Program-made: the position numbers and the translations under genes | In this document: positions 17,023-24,099 of the stretch, in pieces | How the letters are laid out: every line of letters begins with the position of its first letter | Numbering within the stretch: position 1 is the first letter of the stretch | The notes under the pieces: generated by a model | What the model was told of the DNA's origin: nothing | Databases searched by the model: none | The model's input: only the letters and a program-made list of their open reading frames with translations | Source: a virus | Lineage: Duplodnaviria > Caudoviricetes | Direction: 5' to 3' (one strand) | Virus record (IMG/VR): IMGVR_UViG_3300032560_000094 | Location: 1 to 28,285 of that record | DNA: 28,285 bases

Positions 17023-17083
17023 GTGTTAGTCTAACACTGTTAGTCTAACTGTCAAGCGTTAGTCTAACGTGTTAAGACTTAAC
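17023..17083 (-). promoter_or_regulatory. Promoter overlapped by four palindromic operator-like repeats
   Basis: GTTAGTCTAAC at 17025-17035, 17039-17049, 17058-17068 plus variant GTTAAGACTTAAC 17071-17083; TTGACA-N16-TAGACT ending 6 nt before the ATG. Confidence 0.75.
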
Positions 17084-17492
17084 GGGAGTTGTGATGTCAC
17101 ACCCTGTATTGAGTAGGGTTGTCCAAGGTTCAATTTGGGCTGCGGTTGCCGTGTGGGTGGATAAAATTTTCACACCGCACCCCACTCCCCGCCCCAATCC
17201 CGAGTTCATTCCAGCCCAGTACGGCTCCTACTGTGTCCGCCCAACTCAGGCCCAAGCTGTTGATTGTATTACACATTATTTTGGGTGCTCTACCGTACCC
17301 ACAAACCAACCCACCACTGCAATGGGCATGATGGCCTGGCATTGGTCGGCAATGGGCTTGCCAGCGAGGATGTCGAACCCGGGCTGTAATGTATCGGGGA
17401 CAGCCTAATTCCACCCCAGCACGTACAATATCAATAAAATCACCACTGAAACGGCGATTAGCACGTAATCAGCACGGCTTGGAAACTTCCGC

Positions 17493-17777
17493 TCAGGCAC
17501 TCGGCCCAAAAACTTTATCGCCCCTGCGGTCCATAACAACGATATCGGCGATGACGCCTTGCATGATACGGCTGAATTCATCCAAGGATATGCGCTTTGC
17601 AGCTAGGAGCGGGTACAGTGCGTTTAAGCCTTCCTGGAGCGTCTGCCGGAGCTGGGCGGCTAAAATCTCGTCTTTGGCCTTCTCTGCCCTGATGCGGGCC
17701 TTACGGCGCTTTCTCTGGGAAGAGCCTGATTTGGGCGAGAAGCGGTATCGTGGTGTTATTTTGCCGAGGCCGGGCAT
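17493..17777 (-). CDS. Basic hypothetical protein (94 aa)
   Basis: ORF track; abuts RHH gene; Arg/Lys-rich N-half. Confidence 0.55.
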   Translation of the reverse strand: MPGLGKITPRYRFSPKSGSSQRKRRKARIRAEKAKDEILAAQLRQTLQEGLNALYPLLAAKRISLDEFSRIMQGVIADIVVMDRRGDKVFGPSA

Positions 17778-17966
17778 TTAGGGGATCTCTTTGCGCCATT
17801 CGGCCGATTGCTTTTGCCGCTTGCGCTTTGCCAGCTCGGAGGCGATGGCTGTCCGAATGAAGTCGGCGGTTTTCTCTTTGCCGAGCCTCGCCTCCCGGAT
17901 CTGCGGAAGCGCCTCCGCCTCCATTCGCACCGTTATCGCGGCTCCGTTAATGCGCTTTCGGCCCAT
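17778..17966 (-). CDS. Ribbon-helix-helix transcriptional regulator
   Basis: MGRKRING.AITVRM...I...R...EKTADFIRTAIASELAKR pattern. Confidence 0.7.
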   Translation of the reverse strand: MGRKRINGAAITVRMEAEALPQIREARLGKEKTADFIRTAIASELAKRKRQKQSAEWRKEIP

Positions 17967-18035
17967 ATTCGTCAACCCGTTAAATTTTGTTTTCCTGTCG
18001 CTTCAATAAGTTAACCTAATATCACTCAATTTATT

Positions 18036-18092
18036 CGGTATCACCTATTGACCTGAATATCCTATCGTAGTAGATACCGTTTTGTCAATAGG
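18036..18092. promoter_or_regulatory. Overlapping oppositely oriented promoters with inverted repeats
   Basis: + TTGACC-N17-TAGATA; - TTGACA-N18-TAGGAT; IRs CCTATTGAC/GTCAATAGG and CGGTATC/GATACCG. Confidence 0.55.
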
Positions 18093-18121
18093 ACTTACCG
18101 CTCAAACCCTGCGAGGATCAA

Positions 18122-18337
18122 ATGACAATCACCGGAACTAGCCATTTCGTAAATTTTACCAAAGCTTGCGACTACTACCGCAGCCAAGGCAATGACGAGC
18201 TGACGCCCGCCGAGCTCGAGTACCTTGTTCGCAATAAGATCGAGGACGGCGAAATCGCAGTTGGCAAGCCCGATGTGCCGATCGGTGGCAAGCTATTACT
18301 ACTCGATTACGGCACACGCTACGGCATTGAGAACTAA
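18122..18337 (+). CDS. Hypothetical protein (71 aa)
   Basis: GAGGA RBS; first gene after promoter. Confidence 0.7.
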   Translation: MTITGTSHFVNFTKACDYYRSQGNDELTPAELEYLVRNKIEDGEIAVGKPDVPIGGKLLLLDYGTRYGIEN

Positions 18338-18340
18338 GCC

Positions 18341-18598
18341 ATGCCCGCCCTCTCAATCGACAACCTGAACGCTCGGCGCGCAGCCAAACCTGCCAGCGGC
18401 GGCAAATCGTACACAGCCGGCCGCATTGTCAGCCAAGTCGATCTGCGCGCACGCTGCGACGGGATGAATGCCCTCGATCTGGCGTTAGAGCAGATCGACG
18501 CAATCTTTACGGATTTCCGCGCCTTCCTGCGGGAGTCAGATAATCGCCTGCAATGCTTGGCGGCCGGCATGACCGCTGAAACCGAAATCCTGTTCTAA
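18341..18598 (+). CDS. Hypothetical protein (85 aa)
   Basis: ORF track; tight spacing. Confidence 0.6.
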   Translation: MPALSIDNLNARRAAKPASGGKSYTAGRIVSQVDLRARCDGMNALDLALEQIDAIFTDFRAFLRESDNRLQCLAAGMTAETEILF

Positions 18599-18612
18599 CC
18601 GGCGAGGGTATC

Positions 18613-18819
18613 ATGGCATACGCTTACAGCACACAGAAACAGGTCCGCGAGGCATTTTGGCGCGAGCATCCTGACATGCAGCGCAAGAAAATCCGCAACT
18701 ATTCGGGCGGCGGCACGATGTATGTAACTGATACGCGCTGCGCCTTCACTGACTGGATTGATTGGCTGTCGAAAGACGGCATGATCTCGCAAGAGCTGGC
18801 GCAACGGGTGACGCTATGA
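18613..18819 (+). CDS. Phage hypothetical protein (68 aa)
   Basis: GAGGG RBS; TQKQVREAFW...DTRCAFTDWID.L...G.IS..LA.RVTL. Confidence 0.7.
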   Translation: MAYAYSTQKQVREAFWREHPDMQRKKIRNYSGGGTMYVTDTRCAFTDWIDWLSKDGMISQELAQRVTL

Positions 18820-18861
18820 CCAAATATCCTGCCGCGCCAAGTATGCAGCATAGGTGATGCC

Positions 18862-19065
18862 ATGATCCCGAAAGACGCCCAAAACTGGCTCAACGGCATC
18901 ATCGCTGCGCGATTTACTGAGGACGCTAAGACCGTCGCCGAGCGGCAATGGCAAAAGCCCAAACTCGCGCCGAAACCGCAACAGCCATGCGATGTGGGGC
19001 TGTTCAGTAACGAGGCAAACCAGCTCGATCTTGTGGAAATGTTGCAGGAGCCGACGAACGACTAG
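18862..19065 (+). CDS. Hypothetical protein (67 aa)
   Basis: AGGTG RBS; QQPCDVGLF motif. Confidence 0.6.
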   Translation: MIPKDAQNWLNGIIAARFTEDAKTVAERQWQKPKLAPKPQQPCDVGLFSNEANQLDLVEMLQEPTND

Positions 19066-19496
19066 TGCTGCGGTTTCTTGCTCAGGCGATCGAGGGCTTC
19101 CGTTTCTTTCTCGGTAAGCCCTCTTTCTATATGTGATTGTGATTGTGTTGGCTTTTGCCAGGAATGACCGTTGAGCTTGCCGTGCTTGGCCATTGCACCC
19201 TTGAGCCCATACAAAGCCCTTCTATCACTTAGGCTTTTGGCTTTTGCCAACTCTTTGTCTATGCGCTTGTGACGCCAATCAATTGTGAAGAAACTGTGGA
19301 GAACATGGCAATTGCCACGCCATTGCTCGTCATCCATTCTGGCAATTGCCATAAGCTGTTTTTCATCGTTAGGTAGGCCGCCGTTAACCCAATAGTGGCC
19401 GATCAGATGAAGGTAAGCGCCGCTCTGCTCGACCGACAAATGAAGCGTCGAGGCGAAGTAATCACCCCAGTACATCGGCATCCAGGCGCGGCTCAT
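19062..19496 (-). CDS. YdaU/DUF1376 family putative replication initiator (short, 144 aa)
   Basis: WMPMYWGDYFASTLHLSVEQSGAYLHLIGHYW..GGLPND...L..IAR...W.HKRIDKEL; ATGA overlap start. Confidence 0.85.
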   Translation of the reverse strand: MSRAWMPMYWGDYFASTLHLSVEQSGAYLHLIGHYWVNGGLPNDEKQLMAIARMDDEQWRGNCHVLHSFFTIDWRHKRIDKELAKAKSLSDRRALYGLKGAMAKHGKLNGHSWQKPTQSQSHIERGLTEKETEALDRLSKKPQH

Positions 19497-19834
19497 TCGG
19501 CCGCCTCGGCGTCCCATTTGGCCGCCAGCCTGTCCATTCTCTCTTTGGCGTGTTGATGATGCTCCTCGCTGACAATGCCACAGGCGAGGCCCGCTAGGTC
19601 AATGCGGAACGCTCCAGTTTTCATAGCGCTTAGGTAAGTTGGGCCGCCGCAATAATCGGCTAAAGCCAAACCGATGTAGACAATCTTAAGATCCGGACAG
19701 GCTTGGGCGATCTCTTGTTTTATGCCGATCTTTAGCGGCCTCTTGCGATGACCTTTCGGCATGAAGCACAAAGGAAAGCGGTCGGCCAAAACCTCTCGGG
19801 TTTGAGCCGCAATACGATTGGTGGTTTTCGACAC
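19493..19834 (-). CDS. ProQ/FinO-domain RNA chaperone
   Basis: LADRFPLCF...RPLKIGI...AL..Y....YL....G..RIDL.G...G.VSEEH; GTG start with GGAGG RBS. Confidence 0.88.
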   Translation of the reverse strand: MSKTTNRIAAQTREVLADRFPLCFMPKGHRKRPLKIGIKQEIAQACPDLKIVYIGLALADYCGGPTYLSAMKTGAFRIDLAGLACGIVSEEHHQHAKERMDRLAAKWDAEAAE

Positions 19835-19861
19835 TTGAGCCTCCACTAAGGCAAAGATGAA

Positions 19862-19913
19862 AGCCGGTGAGCCTGTAGTGGCAGGCAACGGGAGCTACCA
19901 CGCTGTCCCGGCT
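19862..19913 (-). ncRNA. Candidate three-way-junction RNA with kissing loops, between gcrA and proQ
   Basis: AGCCGG/CCGGCU closing stem; AGC-GUGGUA-GCU and GCCUG-CCACUA-CAGGC hairpins with complementary loops (GUGG/CCAC). Confidence 0.4.
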
Positions 19914-19922
19914 AAATCCTGT

Positions 19923-20414
19923 CTATCTCATTGCAATCGGCTTGTAAATGCTCGGCCTATAACACCATCTGTAGTGCGCCTGACAATAAGCCTGCCCATC
20001 CAGCTTGATATCCCCACAGAACACCGTATCCAGGCCCTTTACATCGCCGATCACATAGCGGCAGGACTGGTTGTCCAATTCCATGAACGAAATGCACTTG
20101 GGAGTGGGGTTGCCGTCGATAATGTGATTTATCTCGCGATATTCCTTTTTCTGAAAAGAAATACCTTTTGCCAATCGAACCGCTGCTCGGCGCTGCTGGT
20201 TTTCCAGGTCGCGTTGCGCTTTGGCTTTGGGATCTATGGTTTGGCCGTAACGATTCTTGAGCGTCAGAACCGCACCAATGCGATGTAGCCGACCTATCAC
20301 GGCATTACGGGTCTTGCCCGGGAACCTGACCGATATCTGCCGCGCCGACCAACCATCAGTCGCCAGTTGCCGCAGCTCTTGGTCTTGTTCGGCTGTCCAG
20401 CTTAATGAACCCAT
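19923..20414 (-). CDS. gcrA: GcrA-family cell-cycle regulator homologue
   Basis: WT.E....LR.L...G.SA.QI......TRNAVIGR.HR N-terminus and EL....CRY.IGD......FCG......AYC..H....Y C-terminus. Confidence 0.9.
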   Translation of the reverse strand: MGSLSWTAEQDQELRQLATDGWSARQISVRFPGKTRNAVIGRLHRIGAVLTLKNRYGQTIDPKAKAQRDLENQQRRAAVRLAKGISFQKKEYREINHIIDGNPTPKCISFMELDNQSCRYVIGDVKGLDTVFCGDIKLDGQAYCQAHYRWCYRPSIYKPIAMR

Positions 20415-20592
20415 TCTTGCCCCCTAATTTAGCCATGACAAGCTCGAGAAGCTTCCGCGCCGGTCCCATATTGGGAGGGCCATCGGCTTCCCATTTGATT
20501 ATTGTGGTGCGGCTGACGCCGAAGTGTTGAGCGAATTGGGCTTGCGTCTCGCCGCGCCGGTCGCGCAAGGCTTTGATGTCGGTGCCTTTCAT
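20356..20592 (-). CDS. Cro/XRE-like HTH regulator
   Basis: IKALRDRRGETQAQFAQHFGVSRTTIIKWE; start MKGTD at 20592. Confidence 0.85.
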   Translation of the reverse strand: MKGTDIKALRDRRGETQAQFAQHFGVSRTTIIKWEADGPPNMGPARKLLELVMAKLGGKNGFIKLDSRTRPRAAATGD

Positions 20593-20599
20593 TGCGAGC

Positions 20600-20661
20600 G
20601 ATATAATCCAAAAATAAATTAGCGTCAAGCCTTGACAATGAATGTCCACTTATGACATAAG
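20600..20661. promoter_or_regulatory. Back-to-back divergent promoters
   Basis: GTCAAGCCTTGAC palindrome carries both -35 boxes (TTGACG minus, TTGACA plus); weak -10 boxes end 6-7 nt before the ATGs at 20592 and 20668. Confidence 0.55.
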
Positions 20662-20667
20662 CAAATC

Positions 20668-20793
20668 ATGCAAACGCTTCGCACCCCGCGCTACTACCGC
20701 CATGAACTCTACATCATGGTCGGCTGCGGCCTTGTTGCTGCATTGCTGGTGATGGGCATGGCGCTCGCCGCTTTCGTGGTGGATTTTCCATGA
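20668..20793 (+). CDS. Small single-TM protein (41 aa)
   Basis: MQTLRTPRYYRHELYIMVGCGLVAALLVMGMALAAFVVDFP; ATGA-coupled to next ORF. Confidence 0.55.
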   Translation: MQTLRTPRYYRHELYIMVGCGLVAALLVMGMALAAFVVDFP

Positions 20794-20927
20794 CCTGTAA
20801 TTGCTCGAAACTGTTCTACTGCTCCAAGCATGTCCCCAAGCGCAACGAGGAATGTGTGGAGCTGGATAGGCCGGAATGGTTTTGGGTAACGTGGTGGAAC
20901 GAGTATAACCGTGGGAAGGCAAAATGA
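20790..20927 (+). CDS. Small Cys/Trp-rich protein (45 aa)
   Basis: MTCNCSKLFYCSKHVPKRNEECVELDRPEWFWVTWWNEYNRGKAK; ATGA overlaps at both ends. Confidence 0.55.
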   Translation: MTCNCSKLFYCSKHVPKRNEECVELDRPEWFWVTWWNEYNRGKAK

Positions 20928-21178
20928 ATATCGCTCAATTCATGCAGCAGCACAGCAATTCAGCCCACAGCGTTCATTCCTCGGCGGAAGCTATTCGCAC
21001 CATCACCAACGATGTGCAATCGCGCTATTCGTATTATCTGGATTGGCTCAATGGGTGCGAAGGCGGCTTCTCCCCTGAAACTCTGGCGATGATCCGGCTC
21101 GAAGCGGACGCAAAAGCATTGCGGACATTGGCCGACCGGATGGATGCGGTGCGCGCGAAACTGACGGCCGACCAATGA
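20924..21178 (+). CDS. Hypothetical protein (84 aa)
   Basis: ORF track; ATGA coupling. Confidence 0.65.
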   Translation: MNIAQFMQQHSNSAHSVHSSAEAIRTITNDVQSRYSYYLDWLNGCEGGFSPETLAMIRLEADAKALRTLADRMDAVRAKLTADQ

Positions 21179-21360
21179 GCATGGATCGTTGCCATGACTG
21201 CGACCGTCTTATCGACACCGACGATGATCCGGACTGCTATATTGAAGTCGGTAATATGCGCTCACAAACAAAAACGGTTTGCGTCTGTGAGCATTGCCGA
21301 GAGTTAAGACTAGATCGGGACGAACGACTGCAATGGGCCGAAGGTGAAGGAGAAGTTTGA
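21175..21360 (+). CDS. Small zinc-finger protein (61 aa)
   Basis: CHDC...CEHC. Confidence 0.65.
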   Translation: MSMDRCHDCDRLIDTDDDPDCYIEVGNMRSQTKTVCVCEHCRELRLDRDERLQWAEGEGEV

Positions 21361-21779
21361 TGGCTTCGATTGACAACGTATTTAGCGGCGATACGCTCAA
21401 GGCCGCCGATATCGAGGGGAAAGAACCGACCGTTATCATTGAGTCGGTGGAACCAAAGGAATTTAAGAGCCGTGAAGGCCGGATGCAGGGCAAACTTGTC
21501 ATCAAGTTCAGGGGCGCAAAAAAGGCGCTTGTGTGTAACAAAACAAATGCCCAGCGCATTGCCCACGCTCACGGCAAGGATTACGACAAATGGATCGGCA
21601 AGCAGATCACGCTATTTGTCGATCCCTACGTCGAATTCGGGGGCGAACTCATCCCGGCAATCAGGGTAAAGGTTCTGCCGACAACGCCAACGAAGCCTCG
21701 CGACCTCGATCCGATGCCGGATCAAACCGTAGCGCCGGATAGAATCCACAATGGCCTATCTGACGACATTCCGTTCTGA
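21360..21779 (+). CDS. Putative ssDNA-binding/recombination protein
   Basis: LKAADI...KALVCNKTNA..I...GKD...WIGKQITLF core and SSB-like C-terminal DDIPF tail. Confidence 0.7.
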   Translation: MASIDNVFSGDTLKAADIEGKEPTVIIESVEPKEFKSREGRMQGKLVIKFRGAKKALVCNKTNAQRIAHAHGKDYDKWIGKQITLFVDPYVEFGGELIPAIRVKVLPTTPTKPRDLDPMPDQTVAPDRIHNGLSDDIPF

Positions 21780-22264
21780 TGAGCAAACTTGCCGCCATAG
21801 ACGCTCAGGTTGTCGATATCCAGAACGATCGGCAGCACAAGGAATTCATCAAAGTGACCTTGCATGTCCCCGCCGAGCGCGGCCCGTTGCTCACTGAAAT
21901 CCTCGGCTGGCCGACCTATTCGACGCCTGTGCCCGTCGCACTGGCGCGCTTACAACAGGGAGAGGCAACGGCTCCGGTGACTTCGATACCCGCACCGGAG
22001 CCGCCTTCCAAGCGGATGGTGACCCGGGCAGCCATCCTCTGTCTCGATCCGCTGTTCTGGCGTTTCCTGGACGAGAGGTTTGCCGGCAAGCCGCCCAATA
22101 TCAACGTCACCGACGAGACCAGCGCGGCTAATATGGTGCGCTATGCGTGCAGGGTTAAATCGCGATCGGAAATCCTGCCAAACACAGCGGCCGGGAACCG
22201 ATGGGACATCATCTATTCCGCCTGGATAGCCTGGAAGGAATGCGCCGATGAACTTACAGCGTAA
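21779..22264 (+). CDS. Phage hypothetical protein (161 aa)
   Basis: AAILC.DP.FWRFL...AA..VR..C.V.SRSEI pattern. Confidence 0.7.
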   Translation: MSKLAAIDAQVVDIQNDRQHKEFIKVTLHVPAERGPLLTEILGWPTYSTPVPVALARLQQGEATAPVTSIPAPEPPSKRMVTRAAILCLDPLFWRFLDERFAGKPPNINVTDETSAANMVRYACRVKSRSEILPNTAAGNRWDIIYSAWIAWKECADELTA

Positions 22265-22430
22265 ACGCTCGAACCTGATCGAGACCATTGCAGTCAAGCG
22301 CAAACAGCACAAGAGGCGTTCGCACATCCACTCGATCCTCGAGAAGCTAACGCTGGAGCAACTACGCGATGAGATATTCACAATCCACAGGCGCAAACGT
22401 GGCCCATCAAGACTACATACGCACGCTTAG
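22248..22430 (+). CDS. Basic hypothetical protein (60 aa)
   Basis: AAGGA RBS; overlaps neighbours. Confidence 0.45.
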   Translation: MNLQRKRSNLIETIAVKRKQHKRRSHIHSILEKLTLEQLRDEIFTIHRRKRGPSRLHTHA

Positions 22431-22704
22431 TTGCCTGGTCTGTAGCAACAATATCGAGACGGAATGCGCTCATGTCAGGTTTTCAGATGCCAGAGCTGCA
22501 AAGCCGGAATCGGGAATGGGACGGAAACCGGAGGATTGTTGGACCGTCCCATTATGCAGCCGGCACCATCGGGACCAACACGACATGGGCGAAGTTGCAT
22601 TCTGGAACAAACATGGGATTGATCCGATCTTTGTCTGTCTGGCGCTGTGGAGAGTGAGCGGTAATCATGAGCTGGGCGAGAAGATCCTGGAAGCCAATCG
22701 ATAA
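22369..22704 (+). CDS. DUF968/HNH-like zinc-binding putative nuclease
   Basis: YIRTLSCLVC...ECAHVR...GMGRKPED.WTVPLC..HH..QH..GE..FW; true start may be GTG at 22399. Confidence 0.8.
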   Translation: MRYSQSTGANVAHQDYIRTLSCLVCSNNIETECAHVRFSDARAAKPESGMGRKPEDCWTVPLCSRHHRDQHDMGEVAFWNKHGIDPIFVCLALWRVSGNHELGEKILEANR

Positions 22705-22710
22705 TCTCTA

Positions 22711-23100
22711 ATGAATGAGGGAAGTTTCATGGACAGAATCGAAACCAAAAACGCCGTCATCGAATCCGCGCGGATCACGAATGAGGATCATGGGCTGCTG
22801 TCAGCATGGCTCAGCCTCGATTACGGCGGCGCTGGACAGGGGTTCGGCGGCTATAGCCTCTATTTGCCCAAGGACTTTAGCCACCACAAGCAGGCCCTAG
22901 AGGCCAATTACGCTGGCCACTTTATTTGGCGCTGCATGGAGATTGCCGGCGTATCGGAGTGGTCGCAGCTCAAGGGCAAGACGATCCGTGTCCGATGCGA
23001 GCACTCCAAGGTTCACGCCATCGGCCACATCGTCAATGACGACTGGTTCAATCCATCCGAAGATTTCAAGGCGATGGAGCCGAAGGTTCAGGCGGCCTAG
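22711..23100 (+). CDS. Phage hypothetical protein (129 aa)
   Basis: NAVIESA.I..EDHG.L.AWL.LDYGG.GQGFGGY...W..LKGKTIRV...IGHIV.DDWFNP. Confidence 0.75.
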   Translation: MNEGSFMDRIETKNAVIESARITNEDHGLLSAWLSLDYGGAGQGFGGYSLYLPKDFSHHKQALEANYAGHFIWRCMEIAGVSEWSQLKGKTIRVRCEHSKVHAIGHIVNDDWFNPSEDFKAMEPKVQAA

Positions 23101-23133
23101 TAGCCGCGATCATTTGTAATAGGAGCCGAGACC

Positions 23134-23313
23134 ATGAAAACGCTACCGAAGAAACTGCTGATCTACGTCTGCGAAAAGCTTGAGGATGGCACGCCAATCT
23201 ACGCGGTGGCGGTCAACGTCGAGGATATTCCAGAAGATGCCGAAGGCGAGAGGGTGGGCGTCTATTACTTGAATGCCACGCATACCTTCAAGATGAAACG
23301 GCAGTTGGTCTAG
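23134..23313 (+). CDS. Hypothetical protein (59 aa)
   Basis: MKTLPKKLLIYVCEKLEDGTPIYAVAVNVEDIPEDAEGERVGVYYLNATHTFKMKRQLV; AGGAG RBS. Confidence 0.7.
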   Translation: MKTLPKKLLIYVCEKLEDGTPIYAVAVNVEDIPEDAEGERVGVYYLNATHTFKMKRQLV

Positions 23314-23342
23314 CCACGATCCTTTCCAATAGGTGACCCAAA

Positions 23343-23438
23343 ATGGACGGACCAACTGCGCTTCTGGTTTTTGGGACTGTCGCCTTCCTATTTATTTGCT
23401 GGCTGTTTAATATCCACGGCCCGTTTGGGATGCACTAA
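23343..23438 (+). CDS. Small single-TM protein (31 aa)
   Basis: MDGPTALLVFGTVAFLFICWLFNIHGPFGMH; AGGTG RBS. Confidence 0.55.
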   Translation: MDGPTALLVFGTVAFLFICWLFNIHGPFGMH

Positions 23439-23454
23439 TTCCAATAGGTGACGA

Positions 23455-23688
23455 ATGCTATCGGACTTTGACCGCAAAATCTTGCAAGCGATTGCCGAGG
23501 CTGGCGGTCAGCTCGATACCCGCCAGCTGAAATCTCTTTACAAGAGACGTGGGGACGGTATTTGCCACTCTGCCATGATTCGCGGCGGCCTAACTGAATG
23601 GGTACGTCGCGACACCCCGACTAGTCCGGCCGTTGCTGTGAAGATCACCGAGCGCGGCTTATATGAACTTCAACGTGTTTGTTCGTGA
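23455..23688 (+). CDS. Winged-helix-like hypothetical protein (77 aa)
   Basis: LSDFDRKILQAI...GL......V.ITERG. Confidence 0.6.
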   Translation: MLSDFDRKILQAIAEAGGQLDTRQLKSLYKRRGDGICHSAMIRGGLTEWVRRDTPTSPAVAVKITERGLYELQRVCS

Positions 23689-23705
23689 AGAATGAGGAGA
23701 GTTTT

Positions 23706-23843
23706 ATGGACCATCCCTGCCACTGCGGCCACGCAAAAGAGGAACACGGCCATGACGATAAGCACCTTGGATCAACAGCATGCACCCTCTGCGACTGCAT
23801 TGCGTATGAAGCAGCCGAGCCGGAAGATGACAGCGACGAATGA
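23706..23843 (+). CDS. Small Cys/His metal-binding protein (45 aa)
   Basis: MDHPCHCGHAKEEHGHDDKHLGSTACTLCDCIAYEAAEPEDDSDE; GAGGAG RBS. Confidence 0.65.
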   Translation: MDHPCHCGHAKEEHGHDDKHLGSTACTLCDCIAYEAAEPEDDSDE

Positions 23844-24099
23844 GTTTCAGCGGGCGTTCGTCGTGATCTGGAAGCGCGTCGAGTCAAAGCTCGCGGCTGA
23901 CGGCATTGAGATTGGAGCGACCGTGCGTAACAAGGACGGTATCCTGTTTCGTTTGGAGGTCATTGAGCCTCGCGTTTACAATTTCGGCAATCCTGGCGCA
24001 TCTATTTCTTGCTATGGCGTTCGCTATCGAGCCAACGGGACGTGGGGAACCCATCAACATTGGGTCGGCGACATAGACGACCTGACGGTAGAATCGTAA
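23827..24099 (+). CDS. Hypothetical protein (90 aa)
   Basis: 3' part of track ORF 23692..24099; start MTATNEFQ proposed. Confidence 0.6.
   Translation: MTATNEFQRAFVVIWKRVESKLAADGIEIGATVRNKDGILFRLEVIEPRVYNFGNPGASISCYGVRYRANGTWGTHQHWVGDIDDLTVES

Larger units (their letters stand above)
23101..23452 (+). repeat. Three related intergenic stop-to-RBS repeats
   Basis: TAGCCGCGATCATTTGTAATAGGAG (23101), TAGCCACGATCCTTTCCAATAGGTG (23311); TTCCAATAGGTGAC exact at 23324 and 23439. Confidence 0.6.

Noticed and set aside
17023-17083. CRISPR-like array or CtrA box
   Set aside because: Repeats are 11-13 bp with 2-8 bp gaps and no cas genes; TTAA spacing is not the N7 of a CtrA site
17091-17414. ORFs 17091..17408, 17119..17331 and 17130..17414
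   Set aside because: No convincing RBS, operon coupling or recognisable protein motifs
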